A DNA stretch of 64,000 bases from Octopus bimaculoides. Lineage: Eukaryota. The stretch spans positions 15,101,243 to 15,165,242 of the forward strand of contig NC_068981.1 of NCBI RefSeq assembly GCF_001194135.2. Direction: 5' to 3'. Under the pieces are notes generated by a model. It did not search any database, was not told the DNA's origin, and saw only the letters and a list, made by a program, of their open reading frames with translations. Of the stretch, positions 1 to 14,533 are shown piece by piece. Position 1 is the first letter of the stretch; each line of letters begins with the position of its first letter. The position numbers and the translations under genes were made by a program.

Positions 1-958
1 ACAAAACTTAAAATAAAAGTTATTTTCCTTATTTATATGAAATACATACGCACGGTTGCTCGCGCGCGAACGCACACACTCGCATATTTATGCAACGTGA
101 TCATTTCGTGTATACCCTGTAATGTTGATTGTCATCATATATAGAGTGGAGGCCTATCGAGGCGCGTTATATCTTCAATTGTACAGCCATTTGATACAAA
201 TTAATGTTGATTTATTTTACACTAGTTTCTATGAGATACCTACAGTATATAATTATTTGGTATGAAACAATTAAGATATAGTCAATGTATGGAGGTTTAT
301 ACAAAAGATATTACATTGGGATATTCACGCAGAGAGTAGGTACCTGTACGATTAGCTATAATATGAAGTGTCCTTATATACGTCTAAAACGCTATATTGA
401 GTTGACTGTTGAAGGTGAATCAAGTAAACCAGGAATTTATATATATATATATATAAGGTTGTTATATATGAGTGTACGTTCACATACACACAGACAAATG
501 TATATATATATATATGTGTGTGTGTCTGTGTGCGTGGGTGTGCTTGTATGTATGTGTGTGTATGCGTGTATACATATGTATGAAAGTATGTATGCATGTA
601 CATGTAGAAAATGTGCATGTAAAGATTTCTATTCACGTAATTTAAATATCTGTATCATGCTAACAAGCACCCAAAGTAGATCGTTTAACTCATTTCGCCA
701 ACAACAGGTTAATAAAACACCATGTTTGTTTCCTTCCTGATAGAATTATAAACGAATTGTCATGTCATTTCGTAGAAACAAAAGAATGAAGTACAATACA
801 GTAAACAAGTTGTTTATTATCTAAAAAGTCTTACACAAGTAAAATCCTATGTTTGTGCATTTCAATTTCCTCCAACCATTTGTTGATATCATTTTATTTC
901 GCTGATTGTAGCGGCGAATTGCTTTCCCATTACTGTTTTACATTATCGTTTAACTCAC

Positions 959-1047
959 CAGACAAGATAGTCGATTCATTGCGTCTGAAACTCATTAATT
1001 TATTCATGAAGCGTTGTGACGAGCGTTTCTTTTCAGTTATTATTGAA
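959..1047 (-). CDS. Candidate 89-nt internal exon of an unidentified gene (SIITEKKRSSQRFMNKLMSFRRNESTILS)
   Basis: Minus strand has acceptor ttttacttcag| and consensus donor TCTG|gtgagt with one frame open throughout. No homology recognised and no partner exon found. Confidence 0.3.
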
Positions 1048-1488
1048 CTGAAGTAAAATAGTGTGCTTGCAATTTCAGATACAACAACTTATGTGCTTGG
1101 TCGTTGACGGCTAATAATTTCAATTAGTACTAAAATTGAGCCATTAGACTAAAAGCCAACACTTTTAAATCCAATCATTCATGCATATATGATGAAACTC
1201 TGATGTTATTTTAGATCGTTATATATATATTGTCTTAGGTATAGCAGTGCCTTATACATTTTAGGTAAAATACTCAAAATGTTACATTTAGGTTTCTTTA
1301 TTGTTTCTCCTACTATATTTTGAAGAGGATTACTGATTCATTATAGATGCGACATTTGTTGTCTATTATAGAATTTTTGACAATTATTTCATAATACACA
1401 CACACCCATACACACACACACACATGAATATATGAATGTGTATGTATGTGTGTTTGCGTGTGTGTGTGTGTCTATGTATATATAGATA

Positions 1489-1725
1489 TACTCTTTTACT
1501 ATTTTACTTGTTTCAGTCATTATTTGACTGTGGCCATGCTGGAGCACTGCCTTTAGTCGAGCAAATCGAGCCCAGAAATTATTCTTTGTAAGCCTAGTAC
1601 TTATTCTATCGGTTTCTTTTGCCGAACCACTAAGTTACGGGGACTTAAACACACCAGCATCGGTTGTCGATCGATGTTGGAGGACACACAGAGACACACA
1701 AGCACACACACACACACACACAAAT

Positions 1726-1814
<89 letters not shown>

Positions 1815-1967
1815 TAAGACGGGCTTCTTTAAGTTTCCGTCTACAAAATCCACTGACAAGGCTATGGTCGGCCCCAGGCTATAGTTGAAGACACTTGCCC
1901 AAGGTGCCACGCAGTGAGACTGAACCCGGAACCACGTGGTTCGAAAGCAAGTTACTTACCACACAGC
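1489..1967 (-). mobile_element. Octopus-type tRNA-derived SINE (family A), near full length, with internal (CA)n/(TA)n tract
   Basis: Minus-strand head gctgtgtggtaag...ccgggttcagtctcactgcgtggcaccttgggcaagtgtcttc and tail ccagcatggccacagtc...gaaacaagtaaaa. Same sequence recurs at 5190, 52770, 56628, 57219. Confidence 0.9.
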
Positions 1968-2189
1968 TGTTTCAAAATTCTAATTCTAAAACATTGCAAG
2001 CTATAAAAAACAATACAGACCGATTGAAGTAGTTTTCTAGTATCTTGTATTTATATATTTCAGGTTCAGGACAGCTTCACCAAGAAATTTTCTGAGAAGA
2101 GAAGTTGACAATGGATGCCTTTACAGTCGGCATGGGTTTATATGAAAGGTTGCTTTGCGTTGCTATGGTATCCATCAGCTGCCTGTATT

Positions 2190-3135
2190 TCAGATCTGCT
2201 ATTCAGTCAAGGATGTAATTGTTAATGAACATAGATTCTATTGTTATTAAGTTTCATTAAGTAGTTGCAAAAGAAACCGGAGCTCTTGAGTGTGGCATTC
2301 CCGTATGTGTTTTTTTTTTACGGAAGAAGCATTAGTGTAGAGGTGTTATTTAGTCTGTATGTGAACTTCACTGATAGTATTTCAAATCCAGAATTCCTTA
2401 CATTTACTACATGTAGTTTTATACATCACATAGAACCTGAGAGATATGTTTTCAAATATAATCAGGTAGTTGGGCAATGTAGAAAAGGTGCTGTTTTGTC
2501 ATGACCTGCTTTAAATTAGGACACACCTCACAGAAGTCCTGAGATGTGCCAGTTGTGTATATAATTTCTCCCCAACGATAGCATGTCAGATTAAAGACGT
2601 TCTGTTTTCATTAAAATGTGAGTTTCACAAAACGCGTTATTCTTGGTTCGTGTGGGATTCGTTACGAGATCTGGTGATGTCCTGGTATTTACTGAAAACT
2701 ATAGAGATCCATTCTTTATCATGACTTTTCTAGAGTTGATGGTGTTGGTGCTTTTGCTTCCTGCCTCCATGCATCAACTGCGTATTCTGTAGATATTGTT
2801 TCTAATGTTGAAATTTGTAATGCCGTTTTCTGTAACAGTTTCTGGAGGTGAAGTTTTTTCTCTGTGACATTGAGCACAAAATCAAGCAGAGATAAGGAAC
2901 CAGTCTTATAGGTGTGCTCCACTTCAAATTTTATATGGTCATAAATGTTGTCGCATATATTGTATATTTTATTTGCTCCCACCCCGCAAGATGATGCCTA
3001 TATGAGAATGCCATTTAATCTTCTGGTGAAAAATGGACAGAGGTGACAAATGTTGAGCTTCCTACGTTCAAACCGGCCCATATATGGGATGAGCTACAGC
3101 CTACCCAAGCTTTGCTCAATTTGCGTTAAGCGTTT
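2190..3135 (-). mobile_element. Decayed Penelope-like element (RT C-terminal part plus GIY-YIG endonuclease)
   Basis: Minus translations DHIKFEVEH..GSLSLLDF (PLE RT) and MYKTTCSKCKEFWI*NT...KHIRECH (GIY-YIG-like), with stops and frameshifts. Confidence 0.7.
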
Positions 3136-3249
3136 TGTTCGTAAATATACCCCGCACCATACATAAGCATATGCATGTATTAACATATGTAGGCATGTAT
3201 ATATATGTATATATGTGTACGTACATTCATATATACATATGTATATACA

Positions 3250-3281
<32 letters not shown>

Positions 3282-4329
3282 TAAATGTGTGTATAGACTT
3301 ATATANNNNNNNNNNNNNNNNNNNNNNNNNNNNNNNNNNNNNNNNNNNNNNNNNNNNNNNNNNNNNNNNNNNNNNNNNNNNNNNNNNNTATATGTATATA
3401 TATATATATATATATAAATTAATTAAATACTAAAAATAATCAGTTGTTTGCATTAAATTGTTTGTTTGTGTTTATATTGTTAAAAATAACTTCACACCAG
3501 AAAAAATCGGGAAGCTATCAGCGTGATCCGTTTCAATATCTACCTATAGTCATGAATAACACGCTAATATTCGCAAAAAATTAACCTTCGCAGATGCACA
3601 CTTACAGAGAAATATGTAACAGTATTATTTGCGTGTTTTGCCTAGTTTTGTTTGCTCCGCTTTTCTTTGTATTAATGGCTATGACACTTAGACAACGAAC
3701 TTCATATAATATCCAACATCACGTTGGATATTATAAATAACATAGTTATTTTTGCGGCATTAGTAAACAGGTAGTTTTGATGGCCTCAGATATTTTTATT
3801 GTTTACAGCAATCAATATTTTTTTCCGCTGTAGTAATTCTGTATGGAGTTGATTCTGTTTTCTTTAATAATTTACTGAATGAAGTTGCCGCAAAATTCAT
3901 AAATACAACTTGAGTATTTTAGCTAAAAATAAGGTACTTTATCAATTCCGGTTGGTTTCAAATTCCTAACACTAATTACATTGGGGAATTACTCTCTATT
4001 TTTGCTCCGTAATGTTTGTTGTGTTACATATTCTTCATCATTTCATTTCTAATCCATTGAACACTTTGTGTTCAACATTGTTAATTCATATTTTCTGCTA
4101 CGTTGTCATTTCTGTTGAAGTTAGTGTCATAGATGATCATGCACTTTCCTTTTTTGTTGATGTAGATGTATGATTTTTTTGTTCGTTTGGATATTTAAAA
4201 AAAATATTTTTTGCACTGATTTATAATACCATTTTTATAAAAGAAGATATCACGCTTTTCGAAGCATGTTATACTGCATGACAATCGCCTTGAAGTATTT
4301 CCTTCATGTTCATGTTAACCTCACTTTTT

Positions 4330-4339
4330 ATAATAATAA

Positions 4340-4408
<69 letters not shown>

Positions 4409-4418
4409 TAATAATAAT

Positions 4419-4484
<66 letters not shown>

Positions 4485-4495
4485 AATAATAATAA
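4330..4495. repeat. (AAT)n microsatellite
   Basis: Direct reading; produces the poly-N and poly-I ORFs. Confidence 0.98.
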
Positions 4496-5189
4496 ATACT
4501 TTAGGTATTTTTTTTTTAAATCCTTTAATATTGATATATTTTATTTACTTTTATCATTTAGAAGGAAACAAAACACGTCAGTATTTACATTATTTTGGTA
4601 TTTCTTTCTAATTGTTATCATAACTATATGTTTCTTTACGTCAATCCATAATCTGGTTTCAAATGATCAACCTTGATCAGCTTTGTTTTTATCAGTCGGT
4701 GTTCGATAAATGCACATTTGTAACATCCTAGACATCAATTTCGATTAAGTACCGTATGTGTTCTATGGAGAGGTGTGGCCTAGGTAAAATCATTACTGTA
4801 ATGGAATAACAGTAACCAGGGAGTAACTTGCAGTAATTTAGTGATATAGCATATCTCTTTATGTTGCCAGATCATATGAAATGCTCATTAAGTGTACTGG
4901 CTATAATTTAATCAGCAATATCCTTCGTTTCTGAAATCGGTAGACAGAGCTGAATGGACAGTGTATATGACTGCAAAGGTAAAATCAGTGTACGTGAGGG
5001 TCCCTAAGTTGTACAACACAACATAGGATGGCTAAGGTACAAACGACATGATCTTTGTTATGTCCCAATGAATGATGTTTCGTGTATATTCCAATATCCA
5101 ATCATGTGTGTATGCATGCATGCATGTATGTATGTATGTTTCTATGTATGTTTGTAAGTATGTATATGTATATATAAATCTCTGTCATA

Positions 5190-5597
5190 GGCGCAGGAGT
5201 GACTGTGTCGTAAGTAGCTTGTTTACCAACCACATGGTTCCAGGCTCAGTCCCACTGCGTAGCACCTTGGGCAAGTGTCTTCTACTATAGCCACAGGCCA
5301 ACCAAAGCTTTGTTAGTGGATTTGGTAGACGGAAATTGAAAGAAGCTTGTAGTATATATATATGTGTGTGTGTATGTGTGTGTGTGTGTGTGTCTGTCTG
5401 TGTATGTGTCTGTGTGTCTGTGTCTGTGTGCCTGTGTGTGTGTCTGTGTGTGTGTCTGTGTGTCTGTGTTTTTCCCCCAGACATCGCTTAACAACCGATA
5501 CTGGTGTGTTTACATCCACATAACTTAGCAAATCAGCAAATTGTGATCGGTAGAATAAGTATTAGGCTTACAAAGAATAAGTCTTGGGGTCGATTTG
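5190..5597 (+). mobile_element. SINE family A, 3'-truncated
   Basis: ggcgcaggagtgactgtgtcgtaagtagc...tcagtcccactgcgtagcaccttgggcaagtgtcttc; internal (TG)n; matches the 1489-1967 copy. Confidence 0.9.
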
Positions 5598-5806
5598 CAT
5601 CTATATGCATCTTTTTTACATCCATATCCATCTTTTTTGCATCTGTTATTTTCTTTTTGATCATTGATATAAATGAAGCTATATCCTTTAATTTGCTGCT
5701 TTTCTTTACACGAACTGAGAAGATACGTTGCGGAATTGTTTTGGTTTATGAACCGAAGAGACACATCTGCAACGTTGTATGTCCCTGAACAAGTTTTTAA
5801 ATATCC

Positions 5807-5855
5807 CAGCCATGAGAGATCGATTCTAGATGGGTCGAAACAATTGCAATGGTTG
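5807..5855 (+). ncRNA. Decayed type I hammerhead-like motif
   Basis: Stem I CAGCCAU/AUGGUUG, stem II GAUC/GGUC, GAAAC and near-palindromic stem III ACAAUUGC. CUGAnGA core is reduced to GAGA, so non-functional. Confidence 0.35.
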
Positions 5856-5882
5856 ATAAAATATCTCTTATCTCACATCAAC

Positions 5883-5966
<84 letters not shown>

Positions 5967-7489
5967 TGTGTGTGCATGTTTGTATGAGTGTGTGTGTATG
6001 TGTGTGTTTGTGCGCATGTTTGTGTGTGAGTGTTTGGGTGTATCTGTCTTGTTTATTTATCCAGGCAATTTTCTTACGTGACATAATTTGCTTCAAAAAG
6101 TTGACATAATGGCAGTTTTAGAAGGATTTTGCAATTTGGGGAAAAGCAATTTCAAATTTTTTTTTTTTTGCCTTTTATCCTCCTAAATAGGGCCATATGG
6201 ATGAGGCTGCATGTTGTAAGACACCAAGCAATCAGTAGCTACAAGATAAAGCACTGAAATGATAATATACAAACGTTGTAGCTATGGATGTATGAAGAAC
6301 TAATTACCATAAAGACTGTATATAAACCATTACATTTCCAATCATATACAAACACAGGCACACATGTTTATATATACATAAATACACATACATACAGAAG
6401 CACGTCCCCCTACACACACAGGGGTGCGTGTTTACTTCGCTATTTCATTTGGTTTCCAAGATGTTTGATGAGAACTCGTTTGTTGAAACAAATCGTATTA
6501 TATGTTGCGAAAAATCTGAATCAAATCTGGGTGAGGGGCCGCGAATACTAACAAAAAACTGATTCCTTGTCTAACTAACAAATGATAGATTTATAGCTCG
6601 GTAAGTAATTGACTAAAACATGAAATGAAATTGGGCCAGTGCATGTGTTTATTATAATCGGCGTAATAACCCTCCCAAGATACAAGAAGATATGCGTATA
6701 CAAACAGATTAATTATGGGAATATTTAAACAATGAAACGTGGAATTGAAGAATCATTCAATACATTAGAGTAGCATTTGTTAATTTTACATCAGGAGTAA
6801 ATAAATCTATATTTCTCTCGTACGTGGAAGGAAAATTCTCAATTTTTAGTTTCAGTGAGACGTTTAATTAAACCACAATATTAGCACTGAACATGTATAG
6901 AATATCATTTTCGCAAAAGTGCAATACTCAGGTTAAATATTCAGGTAAAATTATCTGTTGCTTAATGTGTTTTTCTTACCAATCAACAAATCTAAATGAA
7001 ATAATTAAAATAAAAAAAACAACTAGTTTTTTGTTTAAGACAGGTTAGTTTCCCAGAGGTCATATAACTATAAATTACTTAGCGAAGAGCTCCAATATAT
7101 TTCTAGCCCCGGGATTATGTACACAAATATAAATATTCACGAATATGCAGCTGCACATACTTACACACCAAAATAAATTGTGCATATTTTCAAAGAGATG
7201 TGCATCTATAAATATTTACAACGGTACAGTACGCAATATCCTTCCTATTATAGAGACAAGGAATGATATTTGTAGGGAGGATGGCTAGTTGATTCCATCG
7301 ACGTGCGTGTTGCGCGTGTGTCTTTATAACCATACATGTGTGTATAGAGTGAGTGATATAGTAGATAATGCAGTGAAAGCGGCAGATATCAGTTATAGGA
7401 ATGTATATAAATCACTCATTCTGTTCAACAAAGTTCAGGAAAATTTCTTAGATGTGCAATTTTAGATATACTTGAGCAAATACATCACC

Positions 7490-7950
7490 TGTGACCGTGG
7501 TACCTGTTCAAGAGTGGGGTGTGCCGTCACCTCAGCCGGATCCTCAGGGAAGAGAACTACATAAGCAAGATATAACATGGAATACAGAGCGACATGAGCA
7601 AAAGTCTGGTGTTTGACAATTAAAAGGACCCAATCCAGTTTGAGTACAGTCGTTGGTTGGATACCAAATCAAACAATGGTAACCCTTAAAGCTGTGAGGC
7701 GTTCCGGTGCCATAGGAGACCATTCACATCCTAGGATACTCTCCAAGTCTCGTAAGTATAGAGGAATACTGGGAGGACCCGAGACCTAAAGATTTCAACC
7801 TTTCTCCTCCTGCTCAGTAAGTTCAAGTCCTTGTAAGACTTTGGAATTGCAGTTAATGTGGCTGTGGATCACACTGCTAATGCAAGTGAAGCACCAGTAG
7901 CTTCGCCACGCAGAAATGCAACGAAGACAGACGTAGTAGCGTATATAAGA
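7490..7950 (+). repeat. GC-richer dispersed repeat, probably non-LTR derived, class uncertain
   Basis: Composition shift; end motif gcttcgccacgcagaaatgcaa recalled as a common octopus repeat end. Not verified. Confidence 0.3.
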
Positions 7951-8250
7951 ACTATTCATGTATGTCACAAACTGATCTATGTAAAGGAAATCGAGTTCGT
8001 TCATATACATTTTTTAAAACGCTTGAAAATAATGATTATTTAAATAACTACGGGAGACTTATGGAATAGTAAACCAATAAAGCGAACATAATAGAAGTGC
8101 ATCAGTGTTATCGATGAAATCTATCAAGAATTTAGAGTTTAGACAGCAAAACAACAGATTTATGGGTAGTGACTGCAGTTGTCTGAAACGAAGAAAAGTA
8201 AAAATATTTAAGAAATGTACACGTGAAAGTGTGCAAACTTTTTATGAATA

Positions 8251-8336
<86 letters not shown>

Positions 8337-9030
8337 TATATATATCTCTGTATCTATCTCTGTATCTCTGTATCTATAAAATGAGTTTTATATGCGAATC
8401 ATTATTGTATCATGTTTTTTATGGCCTAATCCTCATCACCGAATTCTCAATGAAGTTACTTGTCAATATGCACCGAAGTAAACATTTGTGCACGCAGAAA
8501 AACAGGGTTGTTTTTTTTTAATCTACAGGCATATGTGTAAACAATCAATCATTAAGTGAATGAGAGGCGCTCTGTTTATTTAAGTAGAGGTCGAATAAGA
8601 TATACATCTAGAAAATGCTGACGAAATTTTTATGGAACTTGTCTGATACAAAATTTATTATTCATTGTCAAGCGTTTACATTAAGACACACGCAATGTGT
8701 ACATGCATGCGTCTCCGTATACGTGCGTGATTGAGTTGTGCTGTGTGTGCGTGCGTAAGCGCGTAAGTGTATGATGGTACACTCTCATATGTCTAGTAAA
8801 GTATGTATCAATAGATATATTAACGCTCAGAAATCAGAAATCACACGAGCGTGCATACACACTCCAACAATGCATATTTACATATATACATGAGCACACG
8901 CACACACAAAAAAAACACACTCACACAAATTTATATCTTTTATGTATATCTCCAGATATATACATGTATATATAAATATATACATTCATATATATATATA
9001 TAAACATATATACAGGTATGTATGTGCATG

Positions 9031-9105
<75 letters not shown>

Positions 9106-9116
9106 TAGATAGATAA

Positions 9117-9155
<39 letters not shown>

Positions 9156-11238
9156 CATAAATTGATAGATAGATAGGTAGATAGATAGATAGATAGATAC
9201 GTATAATTCGTCAATGTATATATGTATATACGACTCTGTCTTTGATAGTACTAATGGCAGAGACATTTCTAATGTTGTAGACATCAGATCAATAAGGTTT
9301 GCGGTGCGAAGGGGGCTGCTAGTGAAGAAGAGTTCAACGGACAAAAGCTTTGAAAGAGAATCCATTAAGAATGTTTATTTAGAGACAGTCTAAACTCAGA
9401 TACATTACAAATGTATTAACTGAAATAGTGTGTTGAATATTGCATTGTGCGATGTGAAGAAAACTCTTTGATTCTTCAAATTGGAAAACTTACTGAGTTG
9501 TAAATCGTTAAGTACTTGGTCGTACTACTAGAATTAGCAGCCAATCAACCTCAAAATTCACCCAAGTTTCTCTTGAAAATAAGAAACAAGAATCACTTGT
9601 TAGATACTTGAGTCTAAAATAAATTCTCCAAAAAATGTGGATAATTGGTAACTGGTGAATGGTCGTATTTTTGTTCATTTGATCAGAAATAATTGGGGAA
9701 TTGACTACAAATGTAAAACAATTTCAACAAATAAATGTACACTAGTGCGGGAAAGCAAACATCGTTTGAAAGTTTGGTGATTAATGACTATATTTCAATT
9801 CGTTAATTCCTCTAATCTATGTAATTAGACAGGTTTCATAGACATATATATATGCACTTCCAAATGGCAGGACCTACTTACATACAAGCGCAAGTAGCAT
9901 TAGCATTTCATTAGCAATTAGCATTTCAGGGGAAAATTGGAAGTATAAATTTGATTGCATAACTCAAGAACTGACAACTGCTATCTCACGTATGTCGAAA
10001 TTGTAAAGTAACAGACATGAAATAATTTGATGAGGAGAAAATATGTCTGTAGAAACAAGGAATCAAAACGGAAGCTCACTACATTGTGACTTGACGTATT
10101 CAAATTACCGAATCTCTCATTATCTACATTTCGTTTCGGAATGTGGTAATTTTCGATCGGTGTTTTCGGGCGAATATAGTTCCTGTCAGTATATTTGCGT
10201 GCAGGTATGTGCTTTCATTAAAGCATTCGAACATTTTAGCTCTTATTTCTAGCAATGTATGTGTTCTAATACCTTAGTCAAATTTAGTGACAATTATAGG
10301 GTTTATTAATTTTATATATATATATATCAAATGGTGTACATTTAAATACGAGAGAAACTACTTTTAACAGGTAATTTTACTCGCTAGAAGAAGCAGTGAA
10401 AACGACCCAAACCACATTTAAAACAATTTCAAAGGGAATGGAAAACAAAAACTTTAACCTTGTTATTTTTTTTACGGTTATGCTTACATTTCGAAATTTT
10501 TAGCAAATAAAATAATTTGCTAGGCGGAATTCTCTCTCCCGTTANNNNNNNNNNNNNNNNNNNNNNNNNNNNNNNNNNNNNNNNNNNNNNNNNNNNNNNN
10601 NNNNNNNNNNNNNNNNNNNNNNNNNNNNNNNNNNNNNNNNNNNNNNNNNNNNNNNNNNNNNNNNNNNNNNNNNNNNNNNNNNNNNNNNNNNNNNNNNNNN
10701 NNNNNNNNNNNNNNNNNNNNNNNNNNNNNNNNNNNNNNNNNNNNNNNNNNNNNNNNNNNNNNNNNNNNNNNNNNNNNNNNNNNNNNNNNNNNNATATATA
10801 TATATATATATATACATAGAGAGAGAGAGAGAGAAAGAGAGAAAGAGAAAGATATCACTAGCAGTGCACCAGTGATGACACAGCATTAGGGCTGAAACAC
10901 ATAACAGAATAACACAATATGTATGTGTGTGTGTACGTATGTACAAGCAAACACATATACACGCGCCCGTACACACATGCCACCCCCCCCCCATATACGC
11001 ATGAACACATGCGCACGCATACACATGCTCATGCTCACGCACAGTTAGATATCAATTTATTCAACATATATCAAACAAGATGGTTTAACTGTCTTTGACC
11101 GAAACGTTATAAGGATGAACGTGCGCGTTTGCTAAGAAAACAAAGAGAAAACCAAAACTGCGATCTTATGTATATGAAAAATGACATAATCAGTATTTAA
11201 AAAAAAACACGCACACAGACACACATACCGAGGCATAC

Positions 11239-11629
11239 TTGCTTGCTTGCTGGCACTCCGTCGCTTGCGACGACGAGGGTTCCAGTTGATCCGATCAACG
11301 GAACAGCCTGCTCGTTAAATCAACGTGCATGTGGCTGAGCACTCCATAAACACGTGTACCCTTAATGTAGTTCTCGGGAATATTCAGCGTGACACAGTGT
11401 GACAAGGCTGGACCTTTCAATTACAGGCACAACAGAAACAGGAAGTAAGAGTGAGAGAAAGTTGTGGTGGAAGAGTACAGCAGGGTTCGCCACCATCCCC
11501 TGCTGGCACTTCGTGGGGCTTTAGGTGTTTTCGCTCAATAAACACTCATAACGTCCGGTCTGGGAATCGAAACCGCGATCCTATGACCACGAGTCCGCTG
11601 CCCTAACCACTGGGTCATTGCGCCTCCAC
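11239..11629 (-). mobile_element. tRNA-derived SINE (family B), full length
   Basis: Clear tRNA head on minus: gtggaggcgcaatgacccagtggttagggcagcggactcg...gcggtttcgattccc (A and B boxes). (GCAA)n tail. TSD-like 12-mers accgaggcatac (11227-11238) and accgattcatac (11630-11641). Confidence 0.9.
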
Positions 11630-14462
11630 ACCGATTCATACACTTACGTATAAACACACACAGTTGTAGACCGTACACACACTCACNNNNNNNNNNNNNN
11701 NNNNNNNNNNNNNNNNNNNNNNNNNNNNNNNNNNNNNNNNNNNNNNNNNNNNNNNNNNNNNNNNNNNNNNNNNNNNNNNNNNNNNNNNNNNNNNNNNNNN
11801 NNNNNNNNNNNNNNNNNNNNNNNNNNNNNNNNNNNNNNNNNNNNNNNNNNNNNNNNNNNNNNNNNNNNNNNNNNNNNNNNNNNNNNNNNNNNNNNNNNNN
11901 NNNNNNNNNNNNNNNNNNNNNNNNNNNNNNNNNNNNNNNNNNNNNNNNNNNNNNNNNNNNNNNNNNNNNNNNNNNNNNNNNNNNNNNNNNNNNNNNNNNN
12001 NNNNNNNNNNNNNNNNNNNNNNNNNNNNNNNNNNNNNNNNNNNNNNNNNNNNNNNNNNNNNNNNNNNNNNNNNNNNNNNNNNNNNNNNNNNNNNNNNNNN
12101 NNNNNNNNNNNNNNNNNNNNNNNNNNNNNNNNNNNNNNNNNNNNNNNNNNNNNNNNNNNNNNNNNNNNNNNNNNNNNNNNNNNNNNNNNNNNNNNNNNNN
12201 NNNNNNNNNNNNNNNNNNNNNNNNTATAACTTAACAAATATAAGGGTAACAATAATTGAATATTTATTTACCAGTGGTTAACATGCGTAATAAGAGACAG
12301 AAGATAAATATTGTTTAAATATAATAGTGTATGAAACATCCACGTAGGTTTCATGTCTTCTGACTTTCATTACGCATGCTAGCCACTAGTAAATAATTGT
12401 CTAATAATTGTTACCATTATATTTATAAAGTAAAATATTTAGATCCGTCAGCCAGATGTATACGCTTGAATTTATTCACTGCTGTACTATTGTGATGTCG
12501 CACGTTGTTTTGAGGGAATCCTGAGGTGAATCCATGATGTATAAACGTGGAACTAAGTGCGTATGTGCTTTATTTTTTGCTTTCGGTTCGTATTGCATTT
12601 TTATGTTTATGCATTTAATTAGCGACCTTACTGATAAGCTACAGATGATTAAATAGTCAATTAATTATATTAATAGTTGACTCATTTGGTCAGCAATAGT
12701 AAAACATAAGTATAGCGTTTGCTTTATTTTATTCACTCGAATGTCTTGCACGTGTAGAAATCAACGTTCTTGAATGTAAGAATGTGGTTTCATGGCTTCA
12801 GGCTTCAACTTCCATTTTTAGCATGCAAGAAATGCACATGGTGGTTTTCTCTTCATGTATGTTTCATACACTTATATGTGTATGTGTGTGTCTGTGGGTC
12901 TGTGTGTGTGTATGTCTGTGTGTGTGCGTTTGTGTGTGCATTCTTTTGTTCATTTAGTGGTTTCAGTGAAAGATATGTGGCCATGCAGGTGCACCCTCTT
13001 ATGTTTGCTTTTTATTTACCGATTTATTGCTAATGATTTTCAGTTGTATTTTCAAGTGTTTTTTTTTAATAAGTTGCATGTTAGTTTGTGTCTGTAGCAA
13101 CCAATCTTCCCTGAAATTAACCTTAAATAATTAACTGCTCTGGTTAGGAGTTCATCCAATGATTTCTTGAATGATTTTACAGAAATCACTTTTTGTTTTT
13201 CATATATATATGTAGGCATTTGAATACTGATCTGAACATCAGATTGCTGCGCTATTGTATCCTTGCTCATAAGTCTACCAGTTCTTTCATTAAAGTTCAA
13301 ATTAATGCTGAAGTTAATAATATTTCTTTTCAGGATCATCCATATATAAGTAAATAACAGTACATGTCTCTCTGCGATGACCAATGTAGTCAAAACTTTG
13401 AACATTATAATGTTCCCAGTAATCAAACATTTTAACTGAAGTTATCTTACTTGTACACGGTTTCTGTAACCATACAATTTCTTTTATGATACTGGGTGGA
13501 TATAGAACCAGCTGTGAATAATACTCTAATCTACTCGAAATGAACGGTTTCTATTGATTCAGAATAACTATTGGTTCAAGCGATTTGACGACTACCAGGA
13601 TTCGTGTGATGAGTTTTTTTGCTTTCGGATATCAAGTTTAGAGATCATTTGACATTATTGAACCTAAAACCCATATTTTGCTTGAGCATTAAGTTATTTG
13701 TATGTACGATTTTGGTTCATTGAGCTAGAATTCATTTTGAGGTGTACTTAGAAAATGTGATTAAAATTATTGTCCATAGGCTTATATGCTTGTTCTTTTG
13801 ACCTTTTGAACTTATTCAAAACTTACTTTTGTTCAATACGATTTGTTTTATTCTTTATTTCCCCAGGTGTCTAATCCCCATATGATTCATTTTTATTATA
13901 TTTTCTATATATATTTCATAAACGTTTTAAGTGGTTTATTTCTTATAAATTTAAGTACCTTACCACATCTTCTTATCCCTTTCTGTTGTTTCTTAACAGT
14001 AACTAAATTCCCTGAAGTTCGTCCTAGTAACTTCAATGATATGAAACAACATATATTTTTCACCTGACCATACCAAGCTAATTTTATTTAATCTCAATCT
14101 TCCATACATTGTATATACAAGAAGCAAATTTTGAGTTTATATTAGGATATGAATCGTTGATGTAACTGTTATGTTCTGGTAATCAAATGAAATAGATTCC
14201 TTTATTTATGTCGGTTTGAGAAAATAAAATGTTATTGTATAGTGTGTAGCGTGCATACTAATACAACATTTGTAAACTATTTAGCTCGCACTAAAATTAT
14301 TACTGCACGAAGAAGTCTGAGAAACGGCTGTAAATAAGTATATTCTTTTACCTACCTCCCGTTATTTTATGATTCATAGGCATATATAAATATTCGTATA
14401 NNNNNNNNNNNNNNNNNNNNNNNNNNNNNNNNNNNNNNNNNNNNNNNNNNNNNNNNNNNNNN

Positions 14463-14533
<71 letters not shown>

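Noticed and set aside
6461-6530. Possible 70-nt plus-strand exon (MFDENSFVETNRIICCEKSESNL)
   Set aside because: Splice-like signals only; no homology or partner exon.
11070-11112. GGUU..GACC-GAAAC-GUU hammerhead half
   Set aside because: CUGAnGA core absent.
13052-13426. 124-aa minus ORF
   Set aside because: No recognisable domain or convincing splice boundaries; compatible with chance in AT-rich DNA.
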